Of a DNA stretch of 64,000 bases, positions 24,940 to 37,970 are shown in pieces. The notes under the pieces were generated by a model, which saw only the letters and a program-made list of their open reading frames with translations, was not told where the DNA came from and made no database searches. The position numbers and the translations under genes were made by a program. This DNA comes from Dendrobates tinctorius (lineage: Eukaryota): contig NW_027361683.1 in assembly GCF_039654945.1 (NCBI RefSeq), forward strand, positions 11,842,001 to 11,906,000, read 5' to 3'. Positions within the stretch are counted from its first letter, which is position 1. Every line of letters starts with the position of its first letter.

Positions 24940-26563
24940 AATCAGTTAACCTGCTAGAGAGATCCTTCGTTGCTCCCAAGCATGACATCACACTCCCTAG
25001 GAAGAAGGTAATGCCACTGTGGCGACCGTACTCCTGGGGGCGACACAAGTGCACTGATGCCCAGCCACTGCTCGATGAATCTGCTGGTACATTGACCCAG
25101 ACCACTACATTCCCCTCGCACGCTACCCGGCCTGAATCTGACCCTGATGAAACTCAGGTTACCCTTCCCATATACAGTTCCATCTTACACGGTGACAAAG
25201 AGGAAGCTGCAGATGAAAGTGCAGGTTCGGCCCACCCGCCATCAGACACACCACCGTACTATCAGGGGCCCTGTGCCAGTGCCGTCGCCAACGAGTGGGC
25301 CCCCCCTGCTTGCCCAGGATCACAGCACTTGCAAAGTTGAAATACTGTGCAGTGAGATGGAAGATGGGGACGACGAGGAGTCTAGACTAGTACAGGGATT
25401 CCCTAGCGAGGAGACTTATTTGATTGTTTTCAATGTTGGGACAGCAATTTTTGGGGAGCACTATACTCTGGAGAATGATAGATGGGGCCCACCATACACT
25501 GGAACATTCCAAAGGTGGACATCAGACACTGGAACAGCATTTACAGGGCCCATTATACACTAGAGCATTAGAAATGGGGCCCATTATGTTTGGAGCATTA
25601 TTTGGGCCCATAAGACAGTGGAGCTTCATCCATGGGGACCAACATATACTGTAGCATTATGTGGAGCTCATCATATACTGTTTCAAACATTATATGGGAC
25701 CAATGATTCTGTATGGAGAAATAGATGGGCCTCGTCATGAGATGTAAAAAGTGAGGTATTTTTCATTGTACTATACCGCTATTTCTCTGCCGTATCGGAG
25801 CATGATGAGTTGTGGTATGTGTTAAAGGGGCGCTCTTTCGCCCAGGGCACATGAAAACCTGCAGCCAGCCCTCCCCCCACACAACTTTAGCCAAATAACC
25901 CTCATTTTTCAGTGCGTAACTTGTATTATGAAGTTAATTAAGGTTGACAAGCTTAAGTAAGAAGAATTGATGCTTTTGGCATTCAAATGGGCACTGTAGG
26001 TGTGTTTCCTGTCCTCCTCTCACTGCCGACTTTTATTCCCCATTGACTTACATTGGGTTTCGTGTTTCGGGACGACCCCGACTTTTCCCTATAATCGGAC
26101 GATCTTGCTCGACCCGACTTTTGGAAAAGTCGGGTTTCACGAAACGAAACGCGACCCTAAAAAACCAAAAGTCACTCAACTCTACCCTTTTCTTATCTGT
26201 GTTATCTCATTATTATATTATTTTTGTTCTTTTTTTATATTCTAAATAAATGTGATGTTTCTCATAAATTTTGGCTTGCATTATTTCTAATTTTGGGTTA
26301 TTGTACTGTTAGTTCTACAGTGACCTGCATCGTTGAGTTCTGATGAAACCTATGAGAAACATTTCTGCAACTGTTGTTCTAAGGGGGAGCATTCCTCCTT
26401 GTTAAGACAAGCTGACATAAGGAGACTTAGGGTATATGTCCATGCACATAGGGTATATGTCAATGAACATATACGGAATCACAGCATCCTATTCATAGAC
26501 TGTCTTATTTATCTTGAGGGTACTGAGTGTCTTTGCAAAATAAATAAACATGCGGCGTTCTAG

Positions 26564-27626
26564 TGGAGCGCCCAGCCAGGGCAGTGGGGTACTCGATACC
26601 GGGCTGCTTCTGAAAGGGGCAGTGTCACAGCGGAGGTGACCCGGTCCGTGGCCCTGCATGTCCAGTAAAAGAGGTATATTTACAAGGGATGAGAAATGAA
26701 GAGTTTTTGCAATAAGTGTTTGTGAAACCACCTGTTGTATCTTATCAATAGGGACCAGCGCTGTAGTGCAGATCCTCTGGGGCAGATGGTGTGATGCAGC
26801 AATGATGGAATAGCTCTCCACAGGCAGCGTTGTAGTCCCAGGGCAGATGAGAAATATGTTGAAGAATAGATGGGGAAGTAGTAGGTAGCAAGGGATGCAG
26901 CAGTGCTGAGAAGGTGATACAGGAAGAATTCAAAGGACACAACAGAGTGTAGTTTCTTTTACCTTTTAGTGTGCTTTGTTGGTACAATCCAGGATTCAGA
27001 TTACAGATGGTACAGGAGTTGGTCAGCCTGGAAGCAAATTGGGAATCTCTCTATACAGATGCGTTGTGAGGTCTCCTTTTCTAGCTCTATTCTGAAGTAC
27101 TTGCGGTTCTGAACTCCACACAACTTCCTCTTTCTGTCTGTTACTTAGAACTCCACTCGCATGACAGGTAGCTGTAGCCTCCTTTATGAACTGCCCTTAA
27201 TGGCGTCTCTGGCTCACACGTTGCTACTGTGTCATCGAATCTCAGTTGGGAAAAAAGCATTTACAGCCTTTGTTCCTCCAGTTTCTGCTGTGGGACCTTT
27301 AGCATCCACACAGCCTTGGACTCCGGCGCCCGGTTCTTGGCGCTTCAGCTTGGGGACGAGCTCTGCTATAGCTCCAAATTCCCAGCTCATCTCCCACGTC
27401 CTCACTCTTCCCTGTCCATATTCTAACTAACTTCCCATTCCTGACAACAGAGAGCAGCTGCTCTGCAGTTAGGTTCAGAGCTCCCTCTGCTGGCCTGGAG
27501 TAGGAACTGCGTTGTGTGCTGGAGCTACCTGATAGAGAGATCCTATCACTGCCTCCAGGCATGTCATTACTCTCCCTAGGAGGGAGGCAAGGCCACTGTG
27601 GAGACCGTACTCCTGGCAGCGCCACA
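26564..27626. mobile_element. Solo LTR (1063 bp) inserted in a small MITE
   Basis: TGGAGCGCCC...GCAGCGCCACA termini with 4-bp TSD CTAG (26560-26563 / 27627-27630). The host MITE has AGGGTAT...ATACCCT ends (~26449-27822). Confidence 0.75.
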
Positions 27627-28271
27627 CTAGAAAGACGTGCTGCATGTCCGGTTATGCAGGTCTGCCACCTGCGTGTTTGCACGCATATTGGAGATGGGAT
27701 TTCATAAAATCCCCTCCACTATGCTGTAACATCTGGACGCTGCGGATTGGATGCTACGGCTGTACGCAGCGTCCAATCCGCAGCAAATACTGAAGGAATA
27801 TGCCCCATGGAAACATACCCTTATAGGCAATGCATGCTGCTTTAGTTTTAATTTAAACATGTAAATAGCCTCTTCAAAGTGTTGGATGACTTGAAATCTA
27901 AGACCATCTATTGAGTGTTCCAATCCTAAAAGTCAAAATTTAACCAGGGTCGGACTGGGGCTCCAGGATACCGGAGAATCCTCTGGTGGGCCCACCCCCA
28001 GCCCCTGCCACCCACAAAGGGGGCCCCCTGCATCTTCAGCCCCTTCATGAAGTGCACAGACAGTGTATAGCATTCCTTACAGTGAATAATGCTGTGCATT
28101 CTCAGTCCTTGCTCGTATATCCCAAATCCCCCTACATCACCCCTCTCTCTCTCCCTCCAAGTATCAGGTTAACTTGAGAGTGGGGGGGCATCTCACAGTA
28201 TAGAAGAGGTCAGACAGAAAGATATGTGCGGCACAAGTTAAGCACCAGGACCAGGTAAGTATACACATATA

Positions 28272-29877
28272 CAGTGGGGCAAAAAAGTATTTAGTCAGTC
28301 AGCAATAGTGCAAGTTCCACCACTTAAAAAGATGAGAGGCATCTGTAATTTACATCATAGGTAGACCTCAATTATGGAAGACAAACTGAGAAAAAAAAAT
28401 CCAGAAAATCACATTGTCTGTTTTTTTTTCATTTTATTTGCATATTATGGTGGAAAATAAGTATTTGGTCAGAAACAAGCAATCAAGATTTCTGGCTCTC
28501 ACAGACCTGTAACTTCTTCTTTAAGAGTCTCCTCTTTCCTCCACTCATTACCTGTAGTAATGGCACCTGTATAAACTTGTTATCAGTATAAAAAGACACC
28601 TGTGCACACCCTCAAACAGTCTGACTCCAAACTCCACTATGGTGAAGACCAAAGAGCTGTCAAAGGACACCAGAAACAAAATTGTAGCCCTGCACCAGGC
28701 TGGGAAGACTGATTCTGCAATAGCCAACCAGCTTGGAGTGAAGAAATCAACTGTGGGAGCAATAATTAGAAAATGGAAGACATACAAGACCACTGATAAT
28801 CTCCCTCGATCTGGTGCTCCACGCAAAATCCCACCCCGTGGGGTCAGAATGATCACAAGAACGGTGAGCAAAAATCCCAGAACCACGCGGGGGGACCTAG
28901 TGAATGAACTGCAGAGAGCTGGGACCAATGTAACAAGGCCTACCATAAGTAACACACTACGCCACCATGTACTCAGATCCTGCAGTGCCAGACGTGTCCC
29001 ACTGCTTAAGCCTGTACATGTCCGGGCCCGTCTGAAGTTTGCTAGAGAGCATTTGGATGATCCAGAGGAGTTTTGGGAGAATGTCCTATGGTCTGATGAA
29101 ACCAAACTGGAACTGTTTGGTAGAAACACAACTTGTCGTGTTTGGAGGAAAAAGAATACTGAGTTGCATCCATCAAACACCATACCTACTGTAAAGCATG
29201 GTGGTGGAAACATCATGCTTTGGGGCTGTTTCTCTGCAAAGGGGCCAGGATGACTGATCCGGGTACATGAAAGAATGAATGGGGCCATGTATCGTGAGAT
29301 TTTGAGTGCAAACCTCCTTCCATCAGCAAGGGCATTGAAGATGAAACGTGGCTGGGTCTTTCAACATGACAATGATCCAGAGCACACTGCCAGGGCAACG
29401 AAGGAGTGGCTTCGTAAGAAGCATTTCAAGGTCCTGGAGTGGCCTAGCCAGTCTCCAGATCTCAACCCTATAGAAAACCTTTGGAGGGAGTTGAAAGTCC
29501 GTGTTGCCAAGCGAAAAGCCAAAAACATCACTGCTCTAGAGGAGATCTGCATGGAGGAATGGGCCAACATACCAACAACAGTGTGTGGCAACCTTGTGAA
29601 GACTTACAGAAAACGTTTGACCTCTGTCATTGCCAACAAAGGATATATCACAAAGTATTGAGATGAAATTTTGTTTCTGACCAAATACTTATTTTCCACC
29701 ATAATATGCAAATAAAATGAAAAAAAAACAGACAATGTGATTTTCTGGATTTTTTTTACTCAGTTTGTCTCCCATAGTTGAGGTCTACCTATGATGTAAA
29801 TTACAGACGCCTCTCATCTTTTTAAGTGGTGGAACTTGCACTATTGCTGACTGACTAAATTCTTTTTTGCCCCACTG
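28272..29877 (+). mobile_element. Full-length Tc1-like transposon (1606 bp, long TIRs)
   Basis: TA-CAGTGGGGCAAAAAAGTATTTAG...CTAAATTCTTTTTTGCCCCACTG-TA, with ~210-bp TIRs and a transposase inside. Confidence 0.97.
28639..29661 (+). pseudogene. Tc1 DD34E transposase, 340 codons with one TGA (29251-29253)
   Basis: ORFs 28639-29253 and 29275-29661 are in the same frame. Paired-like HTH N-terminus; WSDET, KHGGG..MLWGCF, FQHDND and [11 protein letters not shown] motifs. Confidence 0.95.
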
Positions 29878-31296
29878 TATGTGTGTCTGTGTGTGTACGT
29901 GTGCAGTATACACTGTATGTCTGTATATGTATATATAGAATGTGTGTGCATATATACAGTATATAGTATGATTGTGTATATCTGTGGTGCATGTGTGTAT
30001 ATTTATATATACGCATGTACATACAGTATATAGGATATGTGTCTATGTAAAGGTTCACAGTCTACAGGGGATCGGTAAGGATACACTAGGAGAGGGTAGA
30101 GTTGGTTGTGCGGCAGTTCAGTAGACTGAAGATCACTGTGGTTTGTAAGCTTGTTGGAAGAGATGGGTCTTCAGGTTCCTTTTGAAGGTTACCATGGTAG
30201 GCTAATAAGCACTTTGTTTTGTATTACCTCATTTTGCAACAAACGTGGTATTATTTCTATATATCTGCAAGGTGGGCCCCAAGAATGATTTTTCTCTGGT
30301 GGGCCCAAGGTTCTCCATTCTGACGCTGAATTTAGCCCATTAGCAAACCTTGCCACATGACTTATGATAAAAAGCTAAGCAAACACTTAATTTGCAGACA
30401 TATGTTCCGAGGTGATTGCCCCTAATTATTGTGAAGCAAGAGCTATTATTTGGCCCATTTCAGAGGCCTCTAACCTAGCCTAATCAGACCTCCTGCTTTG
30501 CACTGAAGAGGGGTTGGATGGCTTTTGTCCTGCTTGATCAAAAAACATTACCATATGCTATTAACATTTACAACAACAGTGGAGTTCATGTATTAATTAA
30601 TCGTTTTGTGTTGACACATAATGTATGTATAGGTCCAATTGACTGCAGACTCCTGAATCCTTACAGCATATTCACTATGAAGGACAGTTGGATCAGTTAG
30701 TTGAAATAGACTATACAAGTCACCGACGCTGCTTAGCTGTAATATTGTACCTTACAAGTGCTGGGGCACCACTTGAAAATGATATGTCTGTGCCTCAGTA
30801 TAAAACGGAAGTTATGAAAAACAAGATTTATACTTGCTGCCTACTGTATACACTGTCTTTTTTTTCTAGATGAGTCTAAGAAAGCAGTTAGCATTTGAAA
30901 CGACTCATGTGTTTCCCTCACACCCCTTATCCCAAACACACATCTATGCTTAGGTGTATGCAGTAGTGCTTGCCATTTTTTAAAAGAAACATTAAAACTT
31001 TATGAATTTTATGGACTGGAGATGGATCTTTACCTTGCACCTACGAGGAAATCAGGAAAGTTGACTTTATTTTTATAAAACAGACTGATTCCTTCCTTGC
31101 TATTGCTCTACATCAGGAATTCCTATGTCAGCTGAAGGTATTTGGCCTGAGTTGGAAAAATCTGAAGAGAATAACATCAAACACGCACTCACCCAGGTGA
31201 ACCCATGTCACTGATGCATAGAGATGCAACAGAACACCTTGTCCTGTATGACCCTTACAGTCTCACTCTTACCTTACTAACTCATGCCATTTATAA

Positions 31297-33134
31297 CCAC
31301 TTCACGACCGATGATGTATATTAACATAATGGGCTGTGTCCCTGCCTTTGATGCAGCTACCAAATACCTCTAACAGTCACAGGTGGATCCAAGATGTCAA
31401 TCACTAACATTGGCATTCAACACACTCAGACAGGAAGCACATCACTGATCCAGCCTGAGAGTCTGCTAATGCAGGGGTCCCCAACCACCGGTCCGTGGCA
31501 CAGGACCGGGCCGTTGCTGTTCTGTTTCCGGTCCGCGGAGCCACAGCTCAGAATGCTGGACACAAGGGGAGCTGGCGGCTGTAGCACTGTAGTGACAGCT
31601 GCAACGCCGGCTTCCAGAAGACATCGATATTCACTCTCAGTTCCTGCATCCCTGTCGGGAGCGGCAGCTTCATTCAGTGCTGAGCGGTCACGTAGTACCG
31701 CTCATTAAGGTCATGAATATGGACGCGACTCCACTCCCATAGGCGTGGCATCCATATTCATGACCTTAATGAGCGGTACTACGTGAGCGTTCTGCACAGG
31801 AAGAAGCTGACATGCCAGGATAGAGATGCAGGGAAGTTCTATGACGGTGTGAGGGTAAGTATGATGGGGGAGGATGGGGGAGCCCAGCCATGTATACAAG
31901 GGTGGGAGCAGAACCATGCATACAAGGGTGGGAGTGGAGCCATGTATACAAGGGTGGGAGCAGAGCCATGTATAAAAGGGTGGGAGCAGAGCCATGTATA
32001 CAAGGGTGGGAGCAGAGCCATGCTTACAAGGGTGGGAGCGGAGCCATGTATACAAGGGTGGGAGAGGAGCCATGCATTCAAGGGTGTCGCTGTCTCCCAT
32101 CACCCCTAGATGGCACTGTCTTGTTGCAGGAAAACAAGCCCAGTGCCCCCACTGATACAGGGAAACAAGCCTGGTGTTCCCACTCATTCAATACCTATGG
32201 TGAGTTGAGTCACATTCACATTATAAATGTTATAATTAAATGATAAGTATGCACTACTAAACTACAACCCCATCCAAAGCCCCACCCCCTTATGACCAAA
32301 GCCCCACCCCTGCCACACCTCCATCCCTGCACTGCCAGGCCATGGAAGAATGGTCTTGCTTGAAGCAGGTCCCTGGTGCAAAAAAGGTTGGGAACCACTG
32401 TTCTAATGGGACCATTAAATAAAGTAAAAAAAATAAAAAAAAGAAGTTTTATAAATATAAAAAACAAAAGTTCAAATCAACCATCTTTTGCCCCATTAAA
32501 AATAAAACAATAAAAAATACATATATTTAGTATCGCAAAGTTCAGAAATGTCTGCTCTATTAAAATATTTAATTGATAAACAACTTCTACATTGTAATAA
32601 AATGCAATAAAAGACTATCAAAACATCATATTTCCCTAAAAAAATGGCATCAATAAAAATGTCATCTCTGGGCACAAAAAAATAAGCGCTCGCACAGCCA
32701 CATATCATGAAAAATTAGAACATTACGGGTCTTGGAAAATGGTGACAAAAGAAAAACTTTTTTAACAAATGTCTGAAATTTTTTTACCACTCAAATACAA
32801 AAACATATATATGTTTGGTATCTGCATACTCGTACTGACCTGGGGAATCATATTGCCAGGTCAGTTTTACTATATATTTAACATGGTAAATAAAAAAAAA
32901 ATCATTGAGGAATTGCTCTTTTTTTTTGCAATTTCACCGCACTTGGAATTTTTTTTCCGTTTTCTCGTACACTATGTGGCACAATGAATGGTGGAATTCA
33001 AAAGTACAACCCGTCCCACAAAAAAAAAACAAGCTCTCATACGGCTTTAGGGTTGGAAAAATAAAAAAAAAGTATGGCTCTTTGAAGAAGGGGAGGAAAA
33101 AACGAGAACGAAAAATCACCCAGGGATGAAAGGG
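31297..33134. mobile_element. Decayed TTAA-type non-autonomous element
   Basis: (ATAA)CCACTTCACGACC...GAAAGGG(ATAA) ends. AT-rich interior resembles 1500-2100 and 61600-62350. Confidence 0.5.
31472..32400. mobile_element. hAT-type MITE with internal palindrome and minisatellite
   Basis: TIRs CAGGGGTCCCCAACC / GGTTGGGAACCACTG. 8-bp flanks TGCTAATG / TTCTAATG. Internal ~25-bp minisatellite at 31886-32085. Confidence 0.8.
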
Positions 33135-36100
33135 ATAAACTCTGCATTATTATGTTACTTACAGGTGAATAAGATATTATGTGATCAAACACTTCACTCA
33201 TTCAGGATAGAAAACCTGTTATATAGCATGCAGAAATTATATTACATTGCTTGACGATATGATATGCAATCTGTTGTATTGTAATAACGCCTGTTGTTTA
33301 GATTTACATTATAATTATATGTTTCCTCCACCTAAAATTGATCTAATAATCTAAACCTTAACAATCAAACACCGATACCATTTTCTCTTGGTTTTCTAAC
33401 CTTTGCTAGACAGATCGGAGTTCTATATTTTCCCAACATAACCATCTGGTCATATTTTGAATGCCAACAGTCACAGAACAAAACAGTGGGCATCAGCAAA
33501 GAAATTGTACCTGCAAGTTCCAAGCGATCTGTGTGAAACCATCAGAAATGCTTCTCACTTCTCTACAGTGTCACCGGCATCTAATTAGTTTGATGAAGTA
33601 AAATGTCAGAGAGGATTGGAAGCCGGGGCGTGTTAATAAATCATTTCATGCTTCCTGCTTTGTCTTTATCTCAAGCCTTGCCAATTGACAATCAGTATTA
33701 GATTAGATTAAATTTACATTGGTCATGTCAAAGGCAGCGATTTACCCTATCCATGCCACAATGCCTCTACATGTACTTTATTTTAGGTGTGATTTTTGTT
33801 ATATCCTCTCGCTACTGTATATACCATTTACACTGCATGTGATTCTAACAAAATTAATTGAATTGTTTAAGGGATATTTCTACATATCCATGCATATATA
33901 CAGTAACTCAAGCATTACATTTTTAATGTATAATTTATTTTCCATTTATCTTACTCTTAAAAACATACAAATAATTTAAACTATTAGTCTTTTTACATGG
34001 CTAAGAGAATTAGTGATATACTCCGCACAAATAATAACACATGACTTAGCTGTATTCATTTAACAATTAAAGCAGCCCTTAATTTAAGGATTTGTCCACT
34101 GTGATCGAATATTAGCAGTAGCCAATCAACGAGCACTAATGTCACACAGCGCTGGAAGACCTGGCGTCGTCCTCAAAATTGAAAGAGAGAAGGCGAGTGA
34201 GTATAAGCTTTTCTTATTTTACTCCAATTAGTCCAATTAGTGAACGGCGCCTTTGAGTATAACAAATTACATGTAAAATAACATTGATAGTTATCTTCAA
34301 ACTGCATACTAGTGATGAGCGAACACATTCGGCACTAATTGTTACTCGCATAAATATTATGCTATTTGGGCTATTCGTTATTTATATATTTACTAGAAGT
34401 GTGTGTGTGTGTGTGAATTCATGTGTGTATGTACATGTGTGTGTGTCCCACAGCTGCCTGACCACCCACCTCCGTGCAGGCAGCAGCAGGTCCGGTGGCG
34501 GTGGGTCCAACAGCAGCGGGGAGTCCCGCTGGTGGTACTGTGGGAAGGCCTGGTACCACGAGCGGGTGCCATATTGGAATACCCATCACTTGCTTCCGGT
34601 GCGGCGGTGTGGAATTCGGGGACATCCAGACAGAAGTGGATGACGGACAATTTAAGGCAATTATACATATAGATTTTACTCATTTATATAGCTCCATTAA
34701 TTCCACAGTACTTTACAGACATTATTGGCACTGTCCCCGACTCTATATTCCTTATCAGTATGTCTTCGGAATGTGAGGAGGAAACTTATTTACGTATATC
34801 TAAATCGGTTTGACCAAAGGTGAGATGCCAAAAAAAGTAGGCATGCAACACCCACCGAAAACGCGCCATCCCCGAGTGTCCAGCCCCTCCCCCACTCGAC
34901 AAGTCAGGGTGAGAAGGGAGCTAGAACATACCAGGGAAACCGCTGAGCGGGGAGAGTGTGCTAACACCATGCCATGTCGTCGCAATCTGTCAGTCGGCAC
35001 TCCATCCGGCTGGCTCCCCTGGGAGTGGTGCCTCGCACTGGCATCCACTGCCTGTTTATGCCAGTTGCCCTAGATGTACCATCTTTGTGATCCTCCCACT
35101 TGCCGAGCCTCTCCGCCTTTGGCGATCATCTCCCGGCTGTTTCCTCATCACGGCGTGCTGAGTGGGGCGGAGACTCAGTGGTCGGATGGCACGGGCTGTG
35201 GTGACGTCAACTTCCTGTTGACTGTTACCGTGGCTACGCGTCCTTCCCGACATGTCTGGGCCGCCTTCCCCTCGCGACGTGCAGGGTTGGGGAGTAGCCG
35301 GACTGCTATGTTAGGGAGGTGTGGCCGGAAATGACGTGACACGCTGGAGGCTGCGGCTCCAACTACGCACAGGTGCATTGAACGTCTCCATTAGAAGCAC
35401 TCTATTTAAAACTAGTAAGCCCTTGTAACCAGACGCACTTACCCCCCTGGATGAAGCCAACGTGAAACGCGCGTCGGGGACCTTCACACCTACAGATCGT
35501 ATGCTCTATATGTATTGTACTTTCCCTGACATTTGTCTCCTATGTTGACATACAGCCCACCCTGTACATCTCAACTTTATTTACATTTAGCCGGTGTTTT
35601 CCTAGCCTGTATATTTTGTAGTTTTATGCTACTCTACACCATTCTAATTGGGGACACATCCTGCTCAACTTTGCGCAGGTTTAATTTCAGAACTGCTCTA
35701 GGACACACTATCTCCTAGTTATTTTTCCCACATCAGTGATAGATGGAGTTTTTTTAATGCTTGTATATCTCTATTTACTCTGCTAGCCCTGGCCACCTTG
35801 ATTTTGTGGTAACATCTTGTATTATATTATTTGGGCTGGATACTGGTGCCATTAGGTTGCATCACTTATAACCCTTACTGTTTTATAATGGAACTGTCCT
35901 TGCATTATATTAGGGATATATCTTGCTGATTTGCATTTTTTGGTTTATATAGGCACTGATGCGCAGCAGTGTGTCTTTGCGTGTGCTACCACTTTTCAGG
36001 CTCGCTTATCCACTTCTGTTGTGTACATCTATTATATAGGCTATTTATTGTAGTTTTTCTGGCTTTATTACTTAGGATTTTTTGCATCATTTTGATACAG

Positions 36101-36299
36101 GACTGTTTACAGGTGATGTACATGATGTCAAGCAATGAGTGTATCATCATTATAGTGCATACGCACTCTGGGGTGTTATATTGGATACTCATCTCCTTTC
36201 ATCACATTTGTTTATGTCTGTGTGTTTTTTGTATTGACTGAATAAAATGGTAATATTTTATGGCTACATGCTTCCGTAAGTCTAACCACATATATGTAG

Positions 36300-37970
36300 A
36301 CAAGTTCTTGTGGACAAGGACGCTACATTTCCCTGATGGCACACTGGGTTAACCTGGTGGATTCTGGGACAGAGTCAGAGGTTGGGACATCACACATCAT
36401 ACCCACACCAAGGATAGCTGGCCCAACTTCCATAAGGGTTTCAGTCTCCTTGTATGCAAGTTCCTTTCTCTCCTCCTCCTTATCCTCAGCTAAAATAGCC
36501 TCTCCATCACTCTCCAGCTGGGAGCTCTGCAGCACTGCCTTGATGAACCGGCAGCATGCTCTACTGCAGCTCATCTGTTTAGGTGATAAAGCTCAAAACG
36601 CAACAGAGCTGTTGAAAGGGATAAAAGACCAGACCGATCAGTGGCTCTCCCCATGGAACCTCCAACCAGGTCTGATTGTGTGTGATAATGGGTGTAACTT
36701 GGTGGCGGCTTTAAGGCTCGGCAAGTTGGTACACATTTCATGCATGGAACATGTGTTGAACTTGGTTGCACAGCGTTTTTTTAAAAATATATCCTGACTT
36801 GCTGGAAGTATTTGCCAAAGTACTTCGAGTAAGCGCCCATTTCCGAAAGTCATCTCAGGGTTTCGCTGGTCTGGCTGTGCTGCAGCAGCTCTTTAATTTC
36901 TCTCACTATTGACAGATTTGTGACCTGCCCACACTCTGGATTTTGACCTTTCATATGTTGGCAATGCTTAGTGAGCAGCAGAGGGCAGTAGCTGAATTCC
37001 AGCTTCTCAGTGCACAGAGCAACACTCAGTCCTCACACATAACAACTGCTGAGTAGGTGTTGATCACTGACCTATGTGAGGTTCTTCAAAACTGCACCAA
37101 GATGGTGACTAAGTGTAACTATCCCGCTGCTCTGTCTATTGCAACGTTCGCTGCAGAATCCCTGAAGAGGAGATGGAAAAGGAAGCAGAGAAGGCAGAGG
37201 CGATGCATCGTAAGGAGCAGAAGATGGTTAGTGTTCGTCCTCGTGGGGACACTGAACGGTTGACTCTTTGTAGTCTGCCAGACGGCACAGTTCATGGCCA
37301 GATGTCTTTCCCAAAACCCTTGCGTGAAAGACATTTTGTCGACCATGAAATACTGACTGTGCACCTTTTTTGATCCATAGTACAAGAAGAAATTTCATTC
37401 TCTCATGTTGGAGGCAGACATGTCATTTTTAGTGTGTGCATGCCTGAGGGCCGTTGTTGAAGAGTTGGTGAAAATATTACCCTCAGACAACGCTGCTGGC
37501 AGAGCTACCGACTCTTTTCACCCACAAGGATTGCCGAGGAGGGACATGCACACAAGGTGCATTTCACGGGAGGATGTCCACCAACTGGGCCATTTTCATG
37601 AAATAGTCACTTCAGCAAGGGAAATCTTTTGGTGTAAGTATGACAAGAATGGAGAAGTTGACCCAGATGGTGAAGGAGTACTGAAGTGACCATACCAGCA
37701 TCCTTCCTTATTCTTCAGTGCCCTTTAACTGTTGGTTGTCCAAGCTGCAAACTTGGCCCGACCTCTCCTCGTACACCTTGGAGGTGTTGCCATTCACTGC
37801 TACAAGTGTGTTGTCTGAGCGGGTTTTTAGTTCAGCCTGTGGAATCATAACGTACAGACGCACATGCCTGCCAACGTTAAATGCAGATAAGCTGACTTTT
37901 TTAAAATTGAAAAAGGGCTGGATTTGATCCAACTTTGTAAGCCCTATTGTTGACAGGAATTCAACGTAAA
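36300..37970 (+). pseudogene. hAT transposase relic (multiple frameshifts and stops)
   Basis: AHWVNLVD, VCDNGCNLVAAL, CMEHVLNLV, WPDLSSYTLEVLPFTATSVLSERVFSSACGI, all homologous to the 21180-23546 protein. Confidence 0.9.

Larger units (their letters stand above)
11732..26184 (+). mobile_element. Full-length hAT DNA transposon (14,453 bp)
   Basis: TIRs TAGAGTTGAGCGA / TCACTCAACTCTA. Perfect 8-bp TSD CCCTTTTC at 11724-11731 and 26185-26192. Subterminal AAAGTCGGG/CCGACTTTT motifs at both ends. Encodes a hAT transposase. Confidence 0.97.
27945..30328. mobile_element. Non-autonomous hAT-type MITE, host of the Tc1 insertion
   Basis: CAGGGTCGGA...TCTGACGCTG ends. 8-bp flanks AATTTAAC / AATTTAGC (7/8 match). 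Confidence 0.6.

Noticed and set aside
26338-26375. CTGATGA...GAAAC hammerhead-like string
   Set aside because: No convincing stem II or stem III pairing.
31090-31260. Possible short host exon (AG...GT around 31117-31196, or on the minus strand)
   Set aside because: Weak splice signals, no recognisable protein and no partner exons. It cannot be supported without RNA data.
34474-34650. CFRCGG zinc-knuckle-like ORF
   Set aside because: The CCHC motif is incomplete and the fragment is too short to assign.
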